64,000 nucleotides of DNA from Geopsychrobacteraceae bacterium. Lineage in GTDB: Bacteria; Desulfobacterota; Desulfuromonadia; Desulfuromonadales; Geopsychrobacteraceae. The stretch lies in NCBI GenBank assembly GCA_963676795.2, contig CAXXTB010000002.1, positions 448,001-512,000 of the forward strand. The letters are read 5' to 3'. Position numbers and translations under genes: made by a program. The notes below the pieces were generated by a model. That model had not been told where the DNA came from. It did not search any database and saw only the letters and a list, made by a program, of their open reading frames with translations. Numbering within the stretch: position 1 is the stretch's first letter; every line of letters starts with the position of its first letter. Shown one piece after another: positions 9,334-19,031 of the stretch.

Positions 9334-10413
9334 ATGTCTAAAGGTTTAAAAATTGGTCGTTATCAGGTTCCCTTTCCGGTCATTCAGGGCGGTATGGGAG
9401 TACGTATTTCTGCCCATCGTCTGGCGGGTCATGTCGCTTTGAACGGCGGTATCGGGATTGTTGCTTCGGCAGGTCTTGGCCTTGATCATGAGAGCTTCAC
9501 CGGTAAGAACTTTTTAAAAGCTGACAGTGTCGCCTTGAGAGATGAGCTGAAGAAGGCTTATGAAATTGCTCCGGACGGTGTTATCGGCGTCAACTGTATG
9601 GTTGCCGTCAACGATTATGAAGATCTGGTTCGGGCCTCCTGCGAGGGAGGGGCAAAGCTGATCATCAGCGGCGCGGGCTTGCCAATGAATCTTCCCGCTC
9701 TGACCGCAGACTATCCCGAGGTGGCGCTGGTGCCGATTGTCTCTTCCGTCAAGGCGGCTGAGCTGATTGCCCGCAAATGGCACAAGAACTACAAGCGCTT
9801 TCCTGATGCCGTTGTCGTCGAGGATCCCGATACGGCGGGGGGACACCTGGGCGAAAAGCTGGAGAATATCGGAACCGGCAACTACGATCAGTACGCGACG
9901 GTTCGGGGTGTCAAGGCCTATTTCAAGGAGAACTGGCAGCTGGATATTCCGGTCATCGCAGCGGGAGGTGTCTGGGATCATGCTGATCTGCAGTATGCCC
10001 TGGCGCACGGGGCTGATGCCGTCCAGATGGGAACCCGTTTCGTCGTGACCGAAGAATGTGACGCCGCCGATGCCTACAAGCAGGCCTATATTGCCAGCAA
10101 AAAGGAAGATATCGGTCTGCTGATGAGTCCGGCTGGTCTGCCGGGGCGGGCTTTGATCGGCAATGTTGAGGATGTCCGTCAATTTGACGTTGACAGGAAC
10201 CTTTTCTGCCCCTGTGCCTGTCTGAAGAAATGTACCTACAGGGAGAATCGTGAACGGTTCTGTATCGTCCACGCCCTGAATCGTGCCCACCAGGGGAATA
10301 CCCAGAGTGGTCTGATCTTCTGTGGAACCAATGCCTGGAAGGCGGAGCGGATTTCCACCGTGCGAGAGGTGTTTGAGGAGCTGTTCCCCCTTTCTGAACG
10401 GGAAGCTATTTAA
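9334..10413 (+). CDS. Nitronate monooxygenase / FabK-like FMN oxidoreductase
   Basis: PVIQGGMG, SGAGLP, AGGHLG, IAAGG and VQMGTRF motifs; Cys cluster CPCACLKKC...C. Confidence 0.9.
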   Translation: MSKGLKIGRYQVPFPVIQGGMGVRISAHRLAGHVALNGGIGIVASAGLGLDHESFTGKNFLKADSVALRDELKKAYEIAPDGVIGVNCMVAVNDYEDLVRASCEGGAKLIISGAGLPMNLPALTADYPEVALVPIVSSVKAAELIARKWHKNYKRFPDAVVVEDPDTAGGHLGEKLENIGTGNYDQYATVRGVKAYFKENWQLDIPVIAAGGVWDHADLQYALAHGADAVQMGTRFVVTEECDAADAYKQAYIASKKEDIGLLMSPAGLPGRALIGNVEDVRQFDVDRNLFCPCACLKKCTYRENRERFCIVHALNRAHQGNTQSGLIFCGTNAWKAERISTVREVFEELFPLSEREAI

Positions 10414-10422
10414 TCCTTATTG

Positions 10423-10450
10423 AAAAAGCCGGGCATGCCCGGCTTTTTTT
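10423..10450. terminator. Bidirectional intrinsic terminator
   Basis: AAAAAGCCGGGC-AT-GCCCGGCTTTTTTT between convergent genes. Confidence 0.85.
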
Positions 10451-10474
10451 GTAACTATCGGTAAAAAACGGTCG

Positions 10475-11137
10475 TCACTGGCCAAACAGATTGGTCAGGT
10501 CGCTGACGAAGGTCTGGCGCAGGGCTTCGTCTTCGATGTCCCTGGCCAATATCGCAACCAGGCTGATGAGATCCCCATGCTGCGATTTTCCCAGGCTCAA
10601 CCATTCGTTGATCCCGTCTTCCAGGACGATTCCGGAGAATGGACCGATCCGTTTTGACAGAGCCGTTTTGATCAGGTTCATCTCGGCGGCCATTGGTCCG
10701 CTCATGACTTCCGCATAGCTGAGCTGCGTCGGTGCGGATGGCGCGGCCTGTTCCTGAGCTGTGTGCTGCGCTTCACTGATTTCAGGCCCTCGCCAGGTGC
10801 CGATCTCTTTTATCAGATCTTCACTGAGCATGTTGAGGGCCATGTTGATCATGCTCATATTGGCACTGGGCTGACAGAGGGTGAAGATGGCTGTCTGGGC
10901 ATCGAGTTGCCTGGCCAGCAGCAGGGACTCGTCATACTGGATTTCGAAGGATCCGACTTTCAGTTCAGTGACCATTTTCAGGCTGAAGATCTGGTGCAGA
11001 ATGTCGCCGACTTTTCGCTGGGTTTCAAACGTCAGTTTGAGTGGCAGATTGGAGGCCATGACGCCGTGCAGCGTCGAATAGATACAGCTTCCGAGAATTC
11101 CGGGTGATTCACTGATTTCATCCAGTAATTTGATCAT
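10475..11137 (-). CDS. Roadblock/LC7 (MglB-like) domain protein with a helical C-terminal domain
   Basis: LLDEISESPGILGSCIYSTLHGVMASNLP resembles the roadblock N-terminus; GAGGGG RBS before ATG 11137. Confidence 0.6.
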   Translation of the reverse strand: MIKLLDEISESPGILGSCIYSTLHGVMASNLPLKLTFETQRKVGDILHQIFSLKMVTELKVGSFEIQYDESLLLARQLDAQTAIFTLCQPSANMSMINMALNMLSEDLIKEIGTWRGPEISEAQHTAQEQAAPSAPTQLSYAEVMSGPMAAEMNLIKTALSKRIGPFSGIVLEDGINEWLSLGKSQHGDLISLVAILARDIEDEALRQTFVSDLTNLFGQ

Positions 11138-11504
11138 ATCCCCTCTTCTTTGGTGCAACGTAAGAACGTGGCAGTTAGTTGCAGCTGTTCTTTTGCAGGA
11201 CGATTCCGAAATGCCGCGGATATCGCAGATGTGCCCGAGAATTGAGCTGATTGCAAATTTTTCTTGTCTGGTGGAATGGTGCGGCAATCGCATTAAGATA
11301 TATTAGATTTTTATAAATTTCGGGAAGTTTTGTCAAGGTAGAAAGCTTAAACGATATTAAAGTTCTGACGGACGACGTGTTTCCTGAAACAGCTTGCTTG
11401 TTGGTGCGGCAGAGTTCAGGTATTGATGACCGCTTTGATTGAGTTGTCTGCTAAGCTGTAGTATCTTCTAACCTTCAACTCATCTTCCTACCTTCGGAGT
11501 CGCT

Positions 11505-12614
11505 ATGAGTGTCAGACAAGAAGAGTTCATCCCGAAATGGATCGCTTGGGAAACAACCCAACGCTGCAACCTGAATTGTGTGCACTGTCGTTGCTCGTCC
11601 GATATGTCAGCGGCTGCCGGCGATTTCAATACGCCGGAAGCTTTCAGGCTGATCGATGACATCTGTGAGGTCAGCAAGCCGGTCATGGTTCTCTCCGGTG
11701 GTGAACCTCTGTTACGTCCCGATATCTTTGAGATTGCCGAATATGGGACGGCAAAGGGGTTGCGCATGTGTATGGCAACCAACGGGACCCTGATTACCGA
11801 TGCCGTCTGTGCGAAGATGAAGGCTGCCGAGATCCGTATGGTTTCGCTCTCCCTGGATGGTTCGACGGCGGAGATCCACGATGATTTCCGCAACAGCCCC
11901 GGGGCTTATGAGGGAGTGGTTCGTGGGGCACAGACGCTGAAAAGAAACGGCATTCCCTTTTTGATCAACTCGTCGTTTACCCGGCGCAACCAGGGCGACA
12001 TCGCTGCTACGTTCAAAGTGGCCAAGGGGTTGGGAGCTACAGCCTGGTACATGTTCATGATTGTTCCGACCGGGCGCGGTGAAGAGATCATGGATGAGCT
12101 GATTTCGGCCGAGGATTACGAAGAGATCCTGGCCTGGCACTATCAACAGGAAAAAAATGAAGATGATATCCTGATGCGGCCGACCTGCGCGCCCCATTAC
12201 TATCGAATCGTTCCGCAGATGGCCAAGGCGGAAGGGGTCGATTTCAAGCGCCGCAGCCTGACCTTTTCAACCGGCGGCGGGAAGGGCTGTATCGCGGCTC
12301 AGAGCATCTGTCTGATCGATTGTTTCGGGAATCTGAAGCCCTGCTCCTATTTCCACTCCTCAGTCGGCAATGTCAAGCAGGTACCGTTCAAGGAGCTCTG
12401 GTTCAATTCAAAAGTATTTAACGAGCTGCGCGATTTCTCCCGCTACAAAGGGAAGTGCGGTGAATGTGAGTTTATCAATATCTGCGGCGGTTGCCGGGCG
12501 AGGGCTGACGCCGTCTATGGCGATTATCTGGCGGAAGAGCCGTTCTGCAGCTATATTCCGCAACGCACCCGCAAGCGAATGCAGCGGGAAGCGGAGCAGA
12601 ATCGCCAAAATTGA
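11505..12614 (+). CDS. ahbD: Radical SAM/SPASM heme b synthase (coproheme decarboxylase) AhbD/NirJ-like
   Basis: [27 protein letters not shown] and SPASM CGEC...CGGCRARA; directly upstream of hemE-hemH. Confidence 0.85.
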   Translation: MSVRQEEFIPKWIAWETTQRCNLNCVHCRCSSDMSAAAGDFNTPEAFRLIDDICEVSKPVMVLSGGEPLLRPDIFEIAEYGTAKGLRMCMATNGTLITDAVCAKMKAAEIRMVSLSLDGSTAEIHDDFRNSPGAYEGVVRGAQTLKRNGIPFLINSSFTRRNQGDIAATFKVAKGLGATAWYMFMIVPTGRGEEIMDELISAEDYEEILAWHYQQEKNEDDILMRPTCAPHYYRIVPQMAKAEGVDFKRRSLTFSTGGGKGCIAAQSICLIDCFGNLKPCSYFHSSVGNVKQVPFKELWFNSKVFNELRDFSRYKGKCGECEFINICGGCRARADAVYGDYLAEEPFCSYIPQRTRKRMQREAEQNRQN

Positions 12615-12656
12615 TGACCGGGTTTAGAATGCTATTTACGATGTGTGGGAGGTTTC

Positions 12657-13694
12657 ATGAGCGTAAGCTACAATTTTCTTAAGGCCTGCTGGTGTCAGCC
12701 GGTTGACCGGGTTCCTGTCTGGCTGATGCGACAGGCCGGGCGTTATCTTCCGGAGTACCGCGCTGTCAGGGCGGAGGGGAAGGGAACCTTCCTCGACCTG
12801 TGCAAGGATTCGCAGCGGGCGGCTGAGGTCACGATCCAGCCGATCGATATTCTTGGCGCGGACGCCGCCATCCTCTTTTCAGATATCCTGACACCGGTTG
12901 AGCCGATGGGGATGAAGCTGGATTTTGTTCCCGGGCCGGTTTTTGAGAATCCTCTTCGCTGTGCTGCCGATGTCGACGCGCTGGTGGTCCCTGAGGACAT
13001 GGCTGCTGCTGTTCCTTATGTTCCTGCTATCATCTCTCGCTTAAGGACCGCTCTGGACGGTCGCGTTCCGCTGATCGGTTTTGGCGGGGCCCCCTTTACC
13101 CTGGCCTGTTATATGGTTGAAGGGCAGGGTAGCAAGGATTTTGCCCGCCTCAAGCAGATGATGTACGCGGATTTTCCGCTTTATGACGCTCTGATGAAGA
13201 AGGTGACCGAGATGGATCGGCGCTATCTCAATATGCAGATAGCGGCAGGGGCGCAGGCGATCCAGATCTTTGATACCTGGGGCGGCCTGCTGGCCCCGCA
13301 TGATTACGAACGCTACATCCTGCCCTATGTGCAGGAGCTGATCAACGGTCTGGATCGCGCCGGTATCCCGATCATCTATTTTGTCAGGAACGGCGGGACC
13401 ATGTTGCCGCTGGTCAAGGCTGCGGGGAGCGATGTCATTGGTCTCGACTGGCATGTCAACCTTGGACAGGCGCGTGCCCTGCTCGGAGATGATGTCGCGG
13501 TGCAGGGCAACCTTGACCCGACGGTGCTCTTTGCGCCGCATGCCTATATCGAAAAAGAGGTTCGACGTATCCTCGCTGAGAATGGAGATCGCCCTGGTTT
13601 CATCTTCAACCTTGGGCATGGTATCCTGCCCACGGTACCGCCGGAAAATGCCATTTTTATGGTTGACTGTGTACATCGTTTGAGTCAGAAATAG
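12657..13694 (+). CDS. hemE: Uroporphyrinogen decarboxylase
   Basis: PVWLMRQAGRYLPEY, ILFSDIL, QGNLDP and NLGHGI motifs. Confidence 0.97.
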   Translation: MSVSYNFLKACWCQPVDRVPVWLMRQAGRYLPEYRAVRAEGKGTFLDLCKDSQRAAEVTIQPIDILGADAAILFSDILTPVEPMGMKLDFVPGPVFENPLRCAADVDALVVPEDMAAAVPYVPAIISRLRTALDGRVPLIGFGGAPFTLACYMVEGQGSKDFARLKQMMYADFPLYDALMKKVTEMDRRYLNMQIAAGAQAIQIFDTWGGLLAPHDYERYILPYVQELINGLDRAGIPIIYFVRNGGTMLPLVKAAGSDVIGLDWHVNLGQARALLGDDVAVQGNLDPTVLFAPHAYIEKEVRRILAENGDRPGFIFNLGHGILPTVPPENAIFMVDCVHRLSQK

Positions 13695-13755
13695 GGAAAT
13701 TAAAGGGGGGGGCAGATTCTGTCTCCCCCTGATTTGTATTCGAAGGTGGTAAATC

Positions 13756-14727
13756 ATGCCTGAACAACGACCAACGGCGCTTATTCTGCTGAATATGGGC
13801 GGCCCAGATTCTCTTGAGTCGGTCAAACCATTTCTCTATAACCTGTTCTGTGACCGGGAATTGATTCAGCTGCCGGCCGGCGGCCTGCTGCAGAAGCCGT
13901 TTGCCCGCCTGATCGCGCATTTCCGTTCGCGCCGGGTCGTGGAAAATTACCGCATGATCGGCGGCAGGTCGCCACTGCTCGACTGGACTCAAAGACAGGC
14001 TGAAGGGATCGCCGGACGTCTTGGGGCGCATGTCAGACCCTATGTGATCATGCGTTACTGGCATCCGCGTGCTGAAGATGTGCTGCGCCAGATCCGAAAT
14101 GACGGGCTCGAAACGGCTGTCGTGCTGTCGATGTATCCCCATTATACCGGGGCAACGACCGGGAGCAGTGTCAACGATTTCAAACGGACTGTAGCCAGGG
14201 TCTACCCTGAGCTCGAATACCAGTTGATTGAAGAATGGTACAACTGGCCCGGTTATATCAGGGCCCTGGCCAACCGGGTCAACGAAGGGCTGGATTCTTT
14301 CCATGACCTGATGCGCGACGAGGTGCAGATCCTTTTTTCCGCTCATGCCCTGCCGCAGAAGTTTATCGACCGGGGCGATCCCTACCGGGAGCAGGTCGAA
14401 CGGACCGCCGTTGAAGTTATGCAGCTGGTTGGCTCCTACGACTGGAGTATCGCTTATCAGAGTCGCAGCGGGCCGGTCAAATGGATGGAGCCGGGGACCG
14501 AAGAGGTGATTCGGGAGATCGGAGCTGCCGGCCACCGCTCGTTGCTGATGGTGCCGGTTTCCTTTGTCTCCGACCATATCGAAACCCTTGAAGAGATCGA
14601 CATTGAGTACCGGGATCTGGCAACCGAAAAGGGGATCGTCCACTTCTGCCGTACCCCTTCGTTGAACGATCATGACGATTTTCTTGGGGCCATGGCGGAT
14701 CTAGTCAGAGAAAAGGTGTCGCTGTAA
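13756..14727 (+). CDS. hemH: Ferrochelatase
   Basis: LLNMGGP, GGRSPL, FSAHALP, YQSRSGP and SDHIETLEEID motifs. Confidence 0.97.
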   Translation: MPEQRPTALILLNMGGPDSLESVKPFLYNLFCDRELIQLPAGGLLQKPFARLIAHFRSRRVVENYRMIGGRSPLLDWTQRQAEGIAGRLGAHVRPYVIMRYWHPRAEDVLRQIRNDGLETAVVLSMYPHYTGATTGSSVNDFKRTVARVYPELEYQLIEEWYNWPGYIRALANRVNEGLDSFHDLMRDEVQILFSAHALPQKFIDRGDPYREQVERTAVEVMQLVGSYDWSIAYQSRSGPVKWMEPGTEEVIREIGAAGHRSLLMVPVSFVSDHIETLEEIDIEYRDLATEKGIVHFCRTPSLNDHDDFLGAMADLVREKVSL

Positions 14728-14872
14728 GTTTTCAATCCGCCGTCGTTCTTACTGTTTTCGTCCTGTTCGGACGATTATATTGGCCTAATTCAAGCTTGAC
14801 AAATTCTCATAATTATAGCATTCAGAAAGAATTGTGAGTTTTTCTCTAACCGGTTAAGGGCAGCGCAGTTTC

Positions 14873-16207
14873 ATGAACGCCAGATGGATATCTCCCGACC
14901 AAAAACGCAGACAGCGGCGTAATCGACGCCTGTTGTTTATTGGTGTTGTGGCCTGTCTGGTGATCGTCAGCGCGGCCTTTTTTGTTGTCCGTCACGATGA
15001 GACAGCCGAGCCCCTGCTTGCCGAAGCTGAAACTGTTGCCGTGCTCAGTACGCAACCGCCTGTGGCTGAAGTAGAGCCAGCGCCGGTTGTCCCGGACAAT
15101 ATCGTAACCCGTGACATTCAGCCCGGCGATAACCTCAGCGCCATTTTTGACAGTATTCCGGTCGCCCAGCCGATTCTCCATCAGGTTCTTGCCGCGGATG
15201 AATCGCTTCTCGCACTCGATGTTCTGCATCCTGGAAATCGTCTGACCTTCACTCTCGACGAAACGACCCGTGAACTTGTGGCGATGGAACTGTTCATCCA
15301 TCCGGGCAAGCAGGTCGTCTACCGCAAAGTCGATGACAAGACCTTTGAATACGAAGAGATTGTCAATCCGGGAATCTGGGATCGGCAGCTGATCATTGGT
15401 GAAATCAACGGCAGCTTTTATCTGTCGGCGATGAAGTCAGGCCTGAGCGAACAGGAAACGGCCAATGTCGCCGATCTGTTTCGCAGCAAGGTCGACTTTG
15501 CCCGTGACATGCGTGCCGGCGATCTTTTCCAGGTAGTTCGCAAACAGCAGTTTGTCGATGGTCAGTTTACCGGGCAGAGCCTGATTGAAGGGGTGCGAAT
15601 TTACAATCAGGATCAGGTCTATACGGGATTTCTGTTTGAAGATGGCAACTATTACGATTTAAAAGGTGAAAGCCTTGCCAGTGCTTTCAGGCGCTACCCC
15701 TTCTCTGGCAACTACCGGATTACTTCGTCCTTCAATCCGCGCCGGAAGCATCCGATCACCGGCCGGATCACACCGCATAACGGGGTCGATTTCGGCATGT
15801 CAACCGGAACCCCGGTTCTGGCTACCGGTGACGGCGTCGTGACCCGGGTGGTCAACCATCCCTACGCCGGCAAGTATATCGAGATTCAGCACAGCGGGCA
15901 GTATGTGACCCGTTATCTTCACCTGAGCCGCAGCCTGGTTCACCGCGGGCAGAAGGTCAAGCGTGGCCAGCAGATTGCCAAGTCCGGCAATACCGGACGA
16001 TCCACCGGACCTCACCTGCATTTCGAACTGCGCGTCAGTGGTCGCCCTGTCAATCCGATCAAGGCCAAGATCCCCATGGCTGCCGCTATTCCCAAGGCAA
16101 AACGCCAGATCTTCGATGAACAGGTCGCGACCGTTCTCGGGCTAATGGAGACCACAGAAGTCCATCAGATCGCCAAATCCGAAGTGGCAACCGATTCAAC
16201 TCTCTAA
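14873..16207 (+). CDS. mepM: M23 murein DD-endopeptidase MepM-like
   Basis: N-terminal TM, OapA/Csd3-like region, HNGVDF and STGPHLH zinc motifs. Confidence 0.88.
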   Translation: MNARWISPDQKRRQRRNRRLLFIGVVACLVIVSAAFFVVRHDETAEPLLAEAETVAVLSTQPPVAEVEPAPVVPDNIVTRDIQPGDNLSAIFDSIPVAQPILHQVLAADESLLALDVLHPGNRLTFTLDETTRELVAMELFIHPGKQVVYRKVDDKTFEYEEIVNPGIWDRQLIIGEINGSFYLSAMKSGLSEQETANVADLFRSKVDFARDMRAGDLFQVVRKQQFVDGQFTGQSLIEGVRIYNQDQVYTGFLFEDGNYYDLKGESLASAFRRYPFSGNYRITSSFNPRRKHPITGRITPHNGVDFGMSTGTPVLATGDGVVTRVVNHPYAGKYIEIQHSGQYVTRYLHLSRSLVHRGQKVKRGQQIAKSGNTGRSTGPHLHFELRVSGRPVNPIKAKIPMAAAIPKAKRQIFDEQVATVLGLMETTEVHQIAKSEVATDSTL

Positions 16208-16222
16208 TAAATGCCTTTCATC

Positions 16223-16247
16223 AAAACTCCGCATCGCGGAGTTTTTT
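16223..16247 (+). terminator. Intrinsic terminator of mepM
   Basis: AAAACTCCGC-ATC-GCGGAGTTTTTT. Confidence 0.8.
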
Positions 16248-16250
16248 CGC

Positions 16251-16335
16251 TTCTGCCCATTAGATGGGCAAAGCCCATCGTTGGGCGTGTTGTCAGCTGC
16301 TGGTGGGATACAACGCAGAGTCGCAGGATCACTTC
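16251..16335 (-). repeat. Intergenic repeat module B, copy 1
   Basis: Aligns by eye with 54085-54167 (TTCTGCCC..GATGGGC..GCCCATC...CGCAGGA..ACTTC). Confidence 0.8.
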
Positions 16336-16383
16336 CCCCCTGTGTCAGGATAGATGTCGCCTCTCTTTGATATTCTAAAAACA

Positions 16384-16614
16384 TCAAAACTAGAACCGGC
16401 GGGTCCCGGCCCGCCAGCCGGGTTCATTTTCTTTGTGGCGACAAAGAAAACGGAACCAAAAGAAAACGCCTGAAAATCCCTGACGAAAATCCATCCAGAT
16501 GTTCTTCGTAGCTTTCGGGCTGCTATTCTCTACACGCTCAGACGAGTCGCTTTGCGCCTCGAATTCGCGCAATCGCAAAGCCGGTTCCCGGCTTGATATG
16601 CAAGGAACAGGCAG
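16384..16614 (+). repeat. Structured intergenic repeat element A, copy 1 (head plus body A)
   Basis: Colinear with 53833-54054; identical 37-nt core at 16561-16597 and 54004-54040; covarying hairpins. Confidence 0.9.
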
Positions 16615-16700
16615 AATCACATTTTGATTGATGCGGAATTTGACTTTGTCAGGGAAACTGCCCGTCTTGCACGGGCCGTTTCCCTGAGAGGATGAAGAGG

Positions 16701-17561
16701 TCAGGCACTTCCGTAGGAATGCAGGCCGGAGAGGACCAGATTGACGCCCAGGTAGCAGAACAGGGTTGCGGCAAAGCCGAAGATCGACAGCCAGGCGGCC
16801 TTGCGTCCGACCCAGCCCCGTGTGAAACGAGCGTGCAGAAAAGCCGCATAGATGAACCAGACGATCAGGCTCCAGGTTTCTTTCGGATCCCAGCTCCAGT
16901 AGGTGCCCCAGGCATAGTTGGCCCAGGCGGCACCGGTGATAATGCCCAGGGTCAATAGCGGGAAGCCGACCATGATTGCCCTGTAATTCAGGTCGTCGAG
17001 CACCCGTGACGATGGAAACATGCCGATGACCCCGCCGACAGCCTTGTCCCCCTGCTCTTTTTCCTCTTTGCCGATTCTGAGCAGATACATGATCGAAACG
17101 CCAAAGGCGACGGCGAACCCGGCATAGCCGAGAAAGCAGGTGATGACATGGTAAGTCAGCCAGTTGCTCTGCAGGGCCGGAACCAGAGGATCTATCCCGG
17201 AGTTCAGGCTGAGCTGGGCCCAGAGCATACTCAGCAGAGCGATCGGCAGCACAAAGGCACCAATCGCCCGTTGTCTGTATTTCAGGTCGATGAGCAGGTA
17301 GATCAGCAGGATAGACCAGGCGAAAAAGACCACCGATTCGTAGAGGTTGGTCAGAGGGGCTCGTCCGTCTGACCCGAGAATCTGATAGGCTTCATACCAG
17401 CGCAGTCCCAGAGCTGCCGTCTGAACGATGAAGCCGATCAGGGCTGCCAGGGTGGCAGCCCTGGCAATAGTCGTGTTTTTGCTGGCAATGTAGACGAAGA
17501 AAAGCAGCATCGCGACAAAATAGACGATGGTTGTGATGTTAAAGAGAGTACCGCTGTCCAT
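16701..17561 (-). CDS. ccsA: Cytochrome c biogenesis system II protein CcsA/ResC (CcsB in some nomenclature)
   Basis: WWD domain GAAWANYAWGTYWSWDPKETW, LVPALQSNW and terminal GLHSY. Confidence 0.96.
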   Translation of the reverse strand: MDSGTLFNITTIVYFVAMLLFFVYIASKNTTIARAATLAALIGFIVQTAALGLRWYEAYQILGSDGRAPLTNLYESVVFFAWSILLIYLLIDLKYRQRAIGAFVLPIALLSMLWAQLSLNSGIDPLVPALQSNWLTYHVITCFLGYAGFAVAFGVSIMYLLRIGKEEKEQGDKAVGGVIGMFPSSRVLDDLNYRAIMVGFPLLTLGIITGAAWANYAWGTYWSWDPKETWSLIVWFIYAAFLHARFTRGWVGRKAAWLSIFGFAATLFCYLGVNLVLSGLHSYGSA

Positions 17562-17564
17562 GAA

Positions 17565-18956
17565 TCACTCCTTGTCCGTGGCAGGTCCGTTGATGGCAGC
17601 TTCAATCTTTTGCTGCAGTTCATTGAAGCTCAGGCTGAAACCGGCCTGGTTCCGGTGGGCATTGCCGATCATCTGTATGCTGGTTTTGTTGCCGTCCTTT
17701 TCGAGGCAGATCCAGATCCTGCGGTGAGAAAAGAAGAAGGCTGTCAGTGAACCGAAAACCATCAGGAAACAGCCCGCCCAGACGATTTCAACACCGGGGT
17801 CTTTGGCAACCTGCAATCCTGTGTACTGAAGCTGGTCCATGGCGAGCAGGGAGAAGCTGAAGGCACCGCCACGCTTGGCATCGAAATCGGGGTAGTTCTG
17901 CAGAACGATGAACGGGTTGCCCGGCGCGCCGTCAGGGGCGGTGACCCGCATCTGGACGGCTGGGCCGAAATTACTGTAGTTGCTGGCATAGTTGGTGACG
18001 ACAAAGGAATAGCCGTTGCCGAGGGATATTTTTTCCCCCGCCCGGGCCGACAGTTCCTGCGTTTCTTTTGTCGTGTTTCCGGTGATCCTGAATTTGAATG
18101 TCGTATTCCCCGCCGGTCCGTAACTTGACTGGTAGAAGGTGTAGCCCCGGTAGGTCAGTGGCTTGTTGACCTCGATCCTGGTCTTCTCCAGCCCTTTGAT
18201 CATGACGTGCTGATCGTTCTCTAGAATGATCAGGTCGCTGAAATAGTCTTTGGGCCGGTTGCTGCCCGGATAATATTCCACGGTGAAATCTTCACAGCGC
18301 AGGGTAAAGCCGAGTGGAAGTTCTTCCCCGGAACGTTGCTGGAAGCGGTCAACCTGGGTTCCTTCGACGATGTTGACATACCCCTTTTCGCCCCAGAGCG
18401 TGCCGATGATGGCACCGAAAATAACGATCAGGATCGAAAGGTGGGTCATGTAGGCGCCGAACCTTGAATAGATTCCCTTCTGGGCGAAGAGGTGGATTCT
18501 TCCCTCGGCCTCGTTGCTGCGTGGAGTCGCAAATTCCTTTTTCAGAGCGGCCGCGAGCTCACTGGCTAACAGATCCCTGTCCCTTTTGCTGGAAAAGCTG
18601 GCCTTGTTGGCGGAGTTTTTGAGCAGACCGTCGGGGGCGATAAGGGTCGGCTTGCTGACAAACCTCCAGGCGCGGGGAAAATTCTTTATTGAGCAACAGA
18701 TCAGGTTGACGCAGAAGAGCCCGAGAATCCCCATGAACCAGGCCGAGTGGTACATGTCGGTAAATTGAAGTTTGACGAAAAGTTCGTAATTGGTTTGCCC
18801 ATACTCGCGAATGTAGTCCGCCGCAGGGGCGTTCTGTTGAATAACAGTGCCGATGATCGAAGTCGCCGCCAACAGCAAAAGCAGGACGATGGTCAGCTTC
18901 AGGGAACAGAAAAAGTCCCAGATTCGATCCGCAAATGGTTTTGTGTCTGCAGTCAA
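17565..18956 (-). CDS. resB: Cytochrome c biogenesis protein ResB/Ccs1
   Basis: IGTVIQQ, MYHSAWF, THLSIL, EVNKPL-YRGYTFYQSSY and KDPG motifs; TTG start. Confidence 0.95.
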   Translation of the reverse strand: MTADTKPFADRIWDFFCSLKLTIVLLLLLAATSIIGTVIQQNAPAADYIREYGQTNYELFVKLQFTDMYHSAWFMGILGLFCVNLICCSIKNFPRAWRFVSKPTLIAPDGLLKNSANKASFSSKRDRDLLASELAAALKKEFATPRSNEAEGRIHLFAQKGIYSRFGAYMTHLSILIVIFGAIIGTLWGEKGYVNIVEGTQVDRFQQRSGEELPLGFTLRCEDFTVEYYPGSNRPKDYFSDLIILENDQHVMIKGLEKTRIEVNKPLTYRGYTFYQSSYGPAGNTTFKFRITGNTTKETQELSARAGEKISLGNGYSFVVTNYASNYSNFGPAVQMRVTAPDGAPGNPFIVLQNYPDFDAKRGGAFSFSLLAMDQLQYTGLQVAKDPGVEIVWAGCFLMVFGSLTAFFFSHRRIWICLEKDGNKTSIQMIGNAHRNQAGFSLSFNELQQKIEAAINGPATDKE

Positions 18957-19031
18957 GGTTATCTCCCGGTCATGATTCCATAAATAATAGTCACACTGGT
19001 AGGTCTGGCATTTAGACTCGCTGGGGAGGAA

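Noticed and set aside
11138..11293. Upstream extension of the 272-aa ORF
   Set aside because: A better RBS and the domain start lie at ATG 11137.
14796..14821. TTGACA upstream of mepM as a sigma-70 promoter
   Set aside because: No good -10 hexamer at 16-18 bp spacing.
16390..16620. 76-aa minus-strand ORF sharing SSREPALRLREF with the ORF at 53824-54150
   Set aside because: The similarity comes from the DNA repeat; starts and lengths are inconsistent and the substitutions preserve base pairing, so it is better explained as non-coding.
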